NCBI RefSeq assembly: GCF_007748075.1
Contig: NZ_CP036280.1
Coordinates: forward strand, 930,001-962,000
Direction of reading: 5' to 3'
DNA: 32,000 bases
DNA from: Mucisphaera calidilacus
GTDB lineage: Bacteria; Planctomycetota; Phycisphaerae; Phycisphaerales; Phycisphaeraceae
Position numbers and translations under genes: made by a program. Below are positions 24,501-30,337 of this stretch, one piece after another. Under the pieces are notes generated by a model. That model saw only the letters and a list, made by a program, of their open reading frames with translations, did not search any database and was not told where the DNA came from. The stretch's first letter is position 1; each line of letters opens with the position of its first letter.

Positions 24501-26735
24501 GCCGGCGGCGTCGACGAGGGTGGTGAGCCCGCCGACGGTGACGGTGCTGGCGGCTGCCTGGGTGATGTCGCCGTCGGAGTTGACGGTGAGGGTCCCGGTG
24601 ACGCTGCTGGTGCCGGCGAACTGTGTGGCGCTGTCTTCGGTGACGGCGACGTTGCCGGCGGAGTTGACGGTGAGGGTTCCGAAGTTGGTGGTGTCGCCTG
24701 CGTTGTTGCCCACGGTGATGTTGGCACCGGTGAGGTCGGCGAGGGTGGTGACGGTCAGCGTGGTTCCGTCGGCGTCGGTGAGGTCGCCGCCTGTGGCTGT
24801 GAAGGTCAGGTTGTCGGCTGTCAGGGTGCCGGTGAGGACGGTCCCGCCGGCTTCGGTGATATCGACGTCGCCGCCGGAGTTAAACGTGAGTGTGCCGAAG
24901 GCACTGGCCGCTTCGTCGAGTGTGATGCCTGCGGAGGCAGTCTCGGTGAAGCTGGCGTTGTTTGTGATGGTCAGTGTTCCGTTATCGATGATCGCTCCGC
25001 CGGCATCGACATCCAGTGCGCCGGCGGTGATGGCTGCGAGTGTGACTGCATCGGTGTGATTGATGGTCGTCGTCGCGGAGCCTGTGTTGATGAGGGCGGT
25101 GTTGTCGAACGTTGTGCCGCTTGAGGAGAAGGTACCGTTGTTGGTGGTGATTGCGGCGGCCACGGTGACGGTACCACCGGCGATCAGATCCACGTTCAGG
25201 GCGTTGGCACCGACGTCGGTGTTGGTGATCACGTTGTTGATGTCGATGTTGCCGGCGGCGTTGATGGTGAGGGTCTGGGTGCTGGTCATCGCGACGATCA
25301 GGTCGGCGTCGAGCGAGACGTTGCCCGGTTGTGCTCCCGTGGCGCCGGTGGTGATGGTCACGTCGGTTGGTGCAGCGATCGCGGGCGGGCCCGCAAAGGT
25401 GCCGAGGAGGATGTCGACGATGTCGTCGACGAGGATGACCGAGTCATCGGTAGCGGCGATGAGGTTGCCTGCGGCGTCGAAGGGGTCGGTGGTCGGGCCG
25501 ACGGCGTCGATGGTCACGTTGCGGGGGTCGAAGAGGATGTGTCCGCCGACCAGCCCCATGACGTTGGGGTCGAAGGCGAGGAACTCCTTGCCGGAGATCT
25601 CGACCGAGGCGTTGGTGGCGTACAGGCTGCCGTAGAAGCCGGTCGCGCCGTCGGACCAGACGACCAGTTCGCCGCCGTCGCCGACCGAGAGCACGCTGTT
25701 GTCGCTGACGAAGGTGGTTTCGGAGTTGGCGAGGTCGCTGCCGCCCTGGTACCCGCCGCCGACGTGGAGGGTATCGCCGGCGCTGACGTCGGCGTCCTTG
25801 ACCACGACGTTCTTCGCGGTGATCTCGGCTTTGTTGCTCGCCGTGACCGTGCCGCTGATTTCGCCTCGTCCCTGCTCGGCGGCGATCTTGAGGTCGCCGC
25901 CTCGGACGGTGCTGGTGTCGTAGAGTGCGAGGCCGAAGACGTCGGTGGAGGCGAGCATGACCTGCCCCTCGCCGCCGTCGAGCGTGCCGGTGTTGACGAG
26001 TGTCGGGTCGCCGTCGAGCTTGTCGGGTGTCTGGTCTCTGGCGAACTTGACCATGATGTGGCCGTCGCGCGGCATCAGGATGACCTCGTCGTCGGTCGCC
26101 ATCATGATGAGGTTCTGATCGGTGAGGATGGAGCCGTGGTTCGCGACGCGTTGGCCGATGAGGGCGGCGACGTCGGCACGGATGGTGCCGTGGTTCACGA
26201 CCTCGCCCGAGATGTTGGTGAAGCGGTCGATGCCGTCGATGAAGTCGGAGTGGGCGAGGTTGCCCGCGGCGGCGTAGAGGTTGCCGACGTTAACGATCGC
26301 GCCGTTGCCGAAGTAGATGCCGGAGGGATTGATGATGTAGACGTGGCCGTTGGCGTTGAGTGACCCGTTGATCATCGATGCGTTGATCGACTTGACGTGG
26401 TTGTAGACACGCGAGCTCGCGTCGGGCTGGATGAAGTTGAACGTCTCGTTCTGGTTGATGTTGAACTTCGAGTACTCGATGATCGCGGTCTGGCTGGTGG
26501 TGATGTTGGTCACGTTGCCGATCTGGCTGATGTCGGCGGTGCCGTGGACCACGTTGGCGCCCTCGATATCGGCTCGTGCGGGCGATCCCAGCCCTGCGGC
26601 GGCGAGGGGCAGGGCGGCGAGGAGCCGCCAGCTGGGGAAGGAGAGGACGCGGGAGCGACGGTGGGCGTTCTCGGTCTTGGTCATGATTCTGTCTTCCTTA
26701 ACAGAGCGTTTTTCGCTCAACGAGTCGGGGAGCAT
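18519..26735 (-). CDS. two-partner-secretion exoprotein (TpsA; filamentous-haemagglutinin-type N-terminal TPS domain, giant beta-helix repeat protein)
   Basis: 2,738 aa from the ATG at 26735 (GGAGG 9 nt upstream). An alternative ATG at 26684 (AAGGAAG upstream) gives 2,721 aa. The signal peptide ends near ...GSPARA/DIEG. The TPS domain (about 25950..26570) reads IIEYSKFNINQNETFNFIQP...VYNHV...INGSLNANGHVYIINPSGIYFGNGAIVNVG. It is followed by HVGGGYQGG and VVWSDGATGFYGSLYA...VEISGKEFL motifs, then G/T/N/D-rich repeats, then a non-repetitive 210-aa C-terminus. Confidence 0.9.
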   Translation of the reverse strand: MLPDSLSEKRSVKEDRIMTKTENAHRRSRVLSFPSWRLLAALPLAAAGLGSPARADIEGANVVHGTADISQIGNVTNITTSQTAIIEYSKFNINQNETFNFIQPDASSRVYNHVKSINASMINGSLNANGHVYIINPSGIYFGNGAIVNVGNLYAAAGNLAHSDFIDGIDRFTNISGEVVNHGTIRADVAALIGQRVANHGSILTDQNLIMMATDDEVILMPRDGHIMVKFARDQTPDKLDGDPTLVNTGTLDGGEGQVMLASTDVFGLALYDTSTVRGGDLKIAAEQGRGEISGTVTASNKAEITAKNVVVKDADVSAGDTLHVGGGYQGGSDLANSETTFVSDNSVLSVGDGGELVVWSDGATGFYGSLYATNASVEISGKEFLAFDPNVMGLVGGHILFDPRNVTIDAVGPTTDPFDAAGNLIAATDDSVILVDDIVDILLGTFAGPPAIAAPTDVTITTGATGAQPGNVSLDADLIVAMTSTQTLTINAAGNIDINNVITNTDVGANALNVDLIAGGTVTVAAAITTNNGTFSSSGTTFDNTALINTGSATTTINHTDAVTLAAITAGALDVDAGGAIIDNGTLTITNNASFTETASAGITLDEAASAFGTLTFNSGGDVDITEAGGTVLTGTLTADNLTFTATGGDLTDADGTTLTVTTLADLTGANITVGNNAGDTTNFGTLTVNSAGNVAVTEDSATQFAGTSSVTGTLTVNSDGDITQAAASTVTVGGLTTLVDAAGGTDGITLDLLNDFADIAASSDGDISINDINGLILSDTSADNLTVVAAGDLTDADGTTLTVTTLADLTGANITVGNNAGDTTNFGTLTVNSAGNVAVTEDSATQFAGTSSVTGTLTVNSDGDITQAAASTVTVGGLTTLVDATGGTDGITLDLLNDFATIAASSDGDISINDINGLILSDTSADNLTVVAAGDLTDADGTTLTVTTLADLTGANITVGNNAGDTTNFGTLTVNSAGNVAVTEDSATQFAGTSSVTGTLTVNSDGDITQAAASTVTVGGLTTLVDATGGTDGITLDLLNDFATIAASSDGDISINDINGLILSDTSADNLTVVAAGDLTDADGTTLTVTTLADLTGANITVGNNAGDTTNFGTLTVNSAGNVAVTEDSATQFAGTSSVTGTLTVNSDGDITQAAASTVTVGGLTTLVDATGGTDGITLDLLNDFATIAASSDGDISINDINGLILSDTSADNLTVVAAGDLTDADGTTLTVTTLADLTGANITVGNNAGDTTNFGTLTVNSAGNVAVTEDSATQFDGLSVVGGDLTMTSLGAITQDAAPDAIQVTGTATFIDEVGGGDGITLANPGNSFGVLALTTPGDIDIAVTGDLAIGDTSVANLTLTVNAGSLTDADGTTLTVTNLADLTADNITLGDNAGDTTNFGTLTVNSGGNVAVTEDSATQFAGTSNVTGTLTVNSDGDITQAGGSTVTVGGLTTLVDATGGTDGITLDLLNDFATIAASSDGDISINDINGLILSDTSADNLTVVATGDLTDANGSTIAVTTLADLTGANITVGDNAGDTTNFGTLTVNSAGNVDVTEDSATQFAGANAVTGTLTVNSDGDITQAGGSTVTVGGLTTLVDAAGGTDGITLDLLNDFATIAASSDGDISINDINGLILSDISADNLTVVAAGDLTDADGTALAVTTLADLTGANITVGDNAGDTTNFGTLTVNSAGNVAVTEDSATQFAGTSNVTGTLTVNSDGDITQAGGSTITVGGLTTLVDAAGGTDGITLDLLNDFADIAATSDGAVVINDINAIDLGAITADSLDVDAAGAISDSDTLTITNNADFNDSTAAGITLDEAASTFGTLTFNSTGDVAITEADDTVLTGANTADNFTMDTTGAITDENGTTLDINSQATFNSTSAITLGDDASEVHRFGSLQFVSTPASIIQITEEDDMDVVAGSTASSLTLTSRTGGITTPALNISQNLILTAANGITLNGNLTAGALASLNADSDAASTPGGDLTLVAGVRIDTSATNAQILIGANDLIMDPTARIDSGAGLIRITESHGGGIGLGDAVIAGGMTISGTELESITSGTLQLDTNGLILVDNVTAANSNNIGGTLIMISRQTGSEGIAFEGTESFFNTLDVQADDRIRVDVNVTTDTGAMAMDGDFNNLANTNDDIVFADGVMLTAAGDLTLDATSGGLNGLGTLDLVSGGLLTINDTLTTLDTLDMTADNGLTINADITTNGITTLDADNDNDGTGTLTVGTNATVNSSGNDMNVIAGDLDFTTPAGTQNYFALSAGAGGDISILASNDKQITVVDLTPSFAQGANEMWISAGDNGFSGSALRGELERIQARNLTLTTTGAGDIVINTEVPLPVGPGSIDRATAYWQSASPAGGILTFTAGDAFTMTYRERFTMDNGSIQINTGGDVRIADLTATSSIGVASGGSITLIQRAQENVTTPDGLVVIDEGADMVVGQNIIMTGTSLGVDASFSPIRYILSSSTDAATITFNGNPTSIIPGQSSDVIIGTLPGGFIGDGAASGSSSNVSSAIAAATPRIENAEIVEEMQISQAMSERLTELNIFARDHSFAEVLEWLVGQRLYDDLPRSAMPDPNAVRRVAVGRLNASLVSAVINDFEDLVYRTATDQAGQPMFDPDTGEAMRVKVDNEIRERFASAYDAYTDYSGGTFDAMAFRAYVQENDLAAWANLEAIGGIIESMELLALPPVESATAIESLIRDLAPENMELEQLLEAARPTEKLAMIDQ
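21345..24785 (-). repeat. eight tandem coding repeats of 429 nt (143 aa) within tpsA
   Basis: The unit start GACCTCACCGACGCCGAC (DLTDAD; AGC replaces GAC in unit 6) recurs at 24785, 24356, 23927, 23498, 23069, 22631, 22202 and 21773 on the minus strand. Units 2-4 are identical at the protein level and about 98-99% identical at the nucleotide level by direct comparison. Confidence 0.95.
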
Positions 26736-26788
26736 GGCTCGTGGCCTCCGCGCGACTCAGGTGTCGGGTCCGTTCGTGGCACGCGGGT

Positions 26789-28912
26789 TTAGTAAAGAAC
26801 AGTCACACTGAAGTGCACGCGGCTGTCGCCTTGTTCGACGACGTCCGGCGTGCCCGATTGGGCCTCAACCAGCGCGACGCCGAAATCGACGTCTGCGCTG
26901 ATGTTCTGTTTGATGAGGAGTCCTGCGCCGACACCGACGCCGAACATCGTCTCGTCCTGCTCGGCGATGTCTCTGCGTTTCTGGGAGACGTAGGTCATGC
27001 CCACGTCCGCGAAGACCTTGAGAGTGAGGTCCCAGTCGGGCTGGGCGTAGAGTTCCTGGGGGGAGACGCGGAACGGCTCACCAAAGAGCGTACGGTCGGG
27101 TGTCCGGTCGACGGGGAAGGCACGCGGCACGTGGTAGCGGTATTCGGCGGAGGCGATAAAGGAGGTGTCTCCCGCCGCTATCGATTCGGGGTAGCCGCGT
27201 ACGGTGTAGAGGCCGCCGACCACACTCTCGTACTGGGGGACCAGCCGGTTGTCGAAACCGTACTGTCCGTTCACGCGGAAGACGGCCTCGTGGGCGAGCG
27301 TTGATGATTCTGGCGTGCTCGGGTCTTCCCACGCGTCGCGGTTGAAGACCGGTTCGAGGTAGGTGGCGAAGTAGCCGTTGTACCGGAGGATCACCCACTC
27401 GGAGTCGGGCTGTGTGCGTCCGAGCTGGCGTAGCGTGTCCGCGTCGTGGTCGAGCCAGTCGAAGTCGGCGACGAGGCGGAGGTCCGCCAGCAGCCGGTCG
27501 CGGTCGGTGACGCGTTCGGCCGCGATGCCGATGTAGGGCGTGAGGAAGTGCTCGGTGGCTTCGATCGGCGATCCGAGGTTCTCGTTGTCGACGTGGATGC
27601 GGCGGAAGTCGATGCCGCCGATGGCGTCGAGGAAGAAGTTGCGTCGCTGGTAGAAGTTCCACGCGAGTTGGGCGTCGATGGCGTAGGTGTTGCCCTGGAA
27701 GTCCTCCCGTGCGACGCCGAGTTCGCTCGCGTCGTATTCGGCGTACATGGCCTGGACCCGGCCGCGCAGGCGCGGGTCAAAGACCGGCAGCTCGTAGGAA
27801 GCAATCGCGGCCTGTGATCCGGGGTCGTGCAGGTCGCTGAAGATGTAATCAAAATTGAAAGAATCGTCGTTGTTGGTCAGTTGGTTGTTGAGGTAACCGA
27901 CCCGGTGGCGGATCTCGCCGGTGGTCTCGGTGCCCGTGTTGGTCAGCTGGTAGTAGACCGACCACATCTTGTTCTCGTTGATGTGGTAGTCGAGCTGGGT
28001 CGTGCCCGGTTCGTCCATCTGTGACAGGGCGACGTCGACGCGTCGGCCGGGATGGCGGTTGAGGTGGAACGTGTAGCGGTCGAGTTGATCTCGGCGGAGC
28101 AGGCTCTTGGGGTTCTGTACCTCGGCGCCCTCGGGCGTGAGTTGCAGGGGCGAGTCGCGGAGGATGCGTTCGTGCTTGGGGTTGTTGACGCGCTGCGAGA
28201 CGTCGAAGCGTTTGCCGGCGGCGATGGTCCGCTGTGCGGTGACCTCGGCCGTCAGGATGAGGATCCCGATCGGGTCGGATGCGCTCTGGCGCAGGTCCTC
28301 GCCGGTGATGGTGATGGTGTCGGGGTCGAAGATCGTGCGCACGCCGACGATGCCGGCTTCGTTGATCGCGAAGCGAATCTCTTCGAGGATCCAGAGCATC
28401 GCGGTGACGTGGAAGACGCGGGTGCCGTCGTAATCGCCGACTTTGAGGTCTTCGCCGAGATTCAGTTTTTCGATGGTGACGGTGACCACCTTGCCGCCGT
28501 AGTCTTCGGCAAGTGTGGGCGAGGTCCATCGGCCATCCACGAAGCCGAGCTGGAAGGGGCGTCGGTCGACCGACTCGATCGAGGGGAGCCCGGGGTTGGG
28601 ACGGGCGTAGGTCGTGACCAGCTGATAGATGGTGTAGGAGGGTCCGGAGAGGTCCGCGCGTCGGGAGAAGACTTCCGGTTTGTCCTCCGAGGTTCGTGAT
28701 TCCTCGCCGCCGGGCGGTGTGGCGGGCATGCGTCCGCTCGGGCCGACCACCGGTGCCGGAGCGCTCTGCCCGAGCGCCGTGCCCGTGCCCAGCAGGGCAC
28801 AGGTCGCCACCATGAGGCTCAGGCGTCCGAGGCTGGCCCACCCCGGACACGGTGAAGATTGAGCTGAGTCGATTCCGTTCTTCTGGATCTTCTTCATCGA
28901 GCGATGTCCCAT
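26789..28912 (-). CDS. TpsB-type outer-membrane transporter (ShlB/FhaC/HecB, Omp85 superfamily)
   Basis: 707 aa with a signal peptide ...GTGTALG/QS. A POTRA-like segment reads LRRDQLDRYTFHLNRHPGRRVDVAL...GTTQLDYHINENK. The loop-6 VRGY motif is present (GGLYTVRGYPES), and the C-terminal beta-signal ends in an aromatic residue (HFSVTVLY). It lies 53 nt upstream of tpsA on the same strand. Start uncertain (ATG at 28912 or 28897). Confidence 0.8.
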   Translation of the reverse strand: MGHRSMKKIQKNGIDSAQSSPCPGWASLGRLSLMVATCALLGTGTALGQSAPAPVVGPSGRMPATPPGGEESRTSEDKPEVFSRRADLSGPSYTIYQLVTTYARPNPGLPSIESVDRRPFQLGFVDGRWTSPTLAEDYGGKVVTVTIEKLNLGEDLKVGDYDGTRVFHVTAMLWILEEIRFAINEAGIVGVRTIFDPDTITITGEDLRQSASDPIGILILTAEVTAQRTIAAGKRFDVSQRVNNPKHERILRDSPLQLTPEGAEVQNPKSLLRRDQLDRYTFHLNRHPGRRVDVALSQMDEPGTTQLDYHINENKMWSVYYQLTNTGTETTGEIRHRVGYLNNQLTNNDDSFNFDYIFSDLHDPGSQAAIASYELPVFDPRLRGRVQAMYAEYDASELGVAREDFQGNTYAIDAQLAWNFYQRRNFFLDAIGGIDFRRIHVDNENLGSPIEATEHFLTPYIGIAAERVTDRDRLLADLRLVADFDWLDHDADTLRQLGRTQPDSEWVILRYNGYFATYLEPVFNRDAWEDPSTPESSTLAHEAVFRVNGQYGFDNRLVPQYESVVGGLYTVRGYPESIAAGDTSFIASAEYRYHVPRAFPVDRTPDRTLFGEPFRVSPQELYAQPDWDLTLKVFADVGMTYVSQKRRDIAEQDETMFGVGVGAGLLIKQNISADVDFGVALVEAQSGTPDVVEQGDSRVHFSVTVLY

Positions 28913-29049
28913 TTCAAAAATGAAGATGGAGGATGTCAGGCTCTCCGGCCCGTGACGCGTGAGATGCTGCCCTTCACCATGTCCTTTTCTCTCATGATGA
29001 CCACAATATATAGGGGTTCAGAGTTCTGTAGCCACAAGTACTCTCTTGG

Positions 29050-29078
29050 AAGGTAAGACTGGGGATACAGGCTGTCAA
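29050..29078 (-). promoter_or_regulatory. candidate sigma70-like promoter for tpsB-tpsA
   Basis: On the minus strand: TTGACA (29078..29073), 17-nt spacer, TACCTT (29055..29050). It lies within an AT-rich 291-bp intergenic island about 140 nt upstream of the tpsB ATG. Confidence 0.3.
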
Positions 29079-29203
29079 GAAAAAACAGAGGCTTCGCGCA
29101 GCTTGGGGAAAGGTCTCGTCCGTGTACGGCCGGGAGACTAGGTGAAAACCCTGTGTTTCCCCTATTGAGCTTTGAGATGGATTGGCGGAGCGCGTCGCGA
29201 GGA

Positions 29204-30169
29204 TTACGGGGTGTTTGTGCGTGGTTCGGAGGCGGCTGCCTGGGCCAGCGCTCGTTCGCGTCGACGGCGGTTGATGGCGCCAAAGACGCCGGGCATCAGA
29301 GCGCCCGCGGCGAAGACCAGCTTCTGTGATACTGAGAGATGGGGCCATCCGAGCGACAGGGCCTTCTTGCGTTCTTCGGGTGTGCCGTCGGTCAGCGCGG
29401 TTGCGATCGCGCCGCGTGCCACGCCCCGGATGATCTGGCGGTAGTCCTCGGTGTTGTAGCGATCGACGTTGAGCGACAGCGCTCGCAGCCGGTACCACTC
29501 GGCCTCGGGCACGTTCTCACGCGAGATGCTGCCGACGGACTCGCAGCGGTAGACCGTCACGGGCATGGGGTTGTAGGCCCAGGTGTGGCCGTGGATCACC
29601 CGGAGCCACATCTCGAAGTCGTGCCGTCGCCGCTGCTCGACGTTGAATCCGCCGACGGCCTCGAATCGGTCGCGACGGACGACGGTCGGGCCCATGGCGA
29701 ACTTGAAGTATTTCCGCCAGCAGCGGACGTAATCGTCAGGCGTCAGGCCGTTGGTTGCCTGGGTGATCGGCCAGCGGTTGGGTGTCTTGAGCATCGAGCC
29801 GTCGTTGAACAGGTAGTCGTCCAGCGCGGTGTACCCCACGTCGTTGCTGCCCTCGAGTCGTTTGGCCGCCTCCTCGAGGTGGTGGGGGTACCAGTAGTCG
29901 TCGGCATCGAGGAAGGCGATCCAGTCGCCGGTTGCGCGTTCCAGGCCGTGGTTGCGGGCCGCGGCGGCGTTCTTGAACGAGGTTTCCAGCAGGGTGACAT
30001 CAACGCCCGACTGGCGGATGACCTGCGCGGAGTTGTCGGATGAGTTGTCGTTGACCGCGATGATCTGGTGGGGCGGCAGTGTCTGTGTGGCTGCGCTCTT
30101 GAGCGCCTGTTCGACGTAGCGCTCGGCGTTGTGACAGGGCATGATCACACTGAATCGAAACTCGGGCAT
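29204..30169 (-). CDS. family 2 glycosyltransferase
   Basis: 321 aa. FSVIMPCHNAERYVEQALKSAATQT, IAVNDNSSDNS and WIAFLDADDYW (DxD) match the GT-A/GT2 signature. Confidence 0.9.
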   Translation of the reverse strand: MPEFRFSVIMPCHNAERYVEQALKSAATQTLPPHQIIAVNDNSSDNSAQVIRQSGVDVTLLETSFKNAAAARNHGLERATGDWIAFLDADDYWYPHHLEEAAKRLEGSNDVGYTALDDYLFNDGSMLKTPNRWPITQATNGLTPDDYVRCWRKYFKFAMGPTVVRRDRFEAVGGFNVEQRRRHDFEMWLRVIHGHTWAYNPMPVTVYRCESVGSISRENVPEAEWYRLRALSLNVDRYNTEDYRQIIRGVARGAIATALTDGTPEERKKALSLGWPHLSVSQKLVFAAGALMPGVFGAINRRRRERALAQAAASEPRTNTP

Positions 30170-30337
30170 GAAGGTTCCCTCAAGGATCGGCCGGCATCGC
30201 TGCGCTTGTCCCGACGCCCGCGAACCCTACCCCTTCCAACGCCGTGTTGCCAGCGGGGCAGGGCTGTGAGGATGGTGTCAGCACCGCCGGCCGTGCTGGT
30301 AAGCTACCAGCCCTCCACACCCCCCCCCGAGAGGCCC

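Noticed and set aside
21345-24785. Possible CRISPR or non-coding satellite array
   Set aside because: The 429-nt units are contiguous with no spacers. They are in frame within a long CDS and their differences are synonymous, so this is a coding tandem repeat.
20728-25059. 1,443-aa open reading frame on the plus strand, antisense to tpsA
   Set aside because: It is the reverse complement of the G/T/D/N/V-rich repeat codons, which rarely produce stops in this antisense frame. The translation is low-complexity S/V/P/A/M-rich, has no start context, and is periodic only because tpsA is. It is an artefact of the repeat composition.
28936-29283. 115-aa and 168-aa minus-strand ORFs, and a c-di-GMP riboswitch idea, in the tpsB upstream spacer
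   Set aside because: The ORFs run across the GT2 stop and the AT-rich spacer with no coding bias or start context. A GGCTCTCCGGCC segment only superficially recalls GEMM-I and lies on the wrong strand for the tps operon.
30068-30337. N-terminal extension of the flippase ORF
   Set aside because: The first ~100 nt overlap the divergently transcribed GT2 gene, and the extension is not hydrophobic or Wzx-like. The ATG at 30338 with an upstream GAGAGG is the better start, though the ATG at 30272 cannot be excluded.
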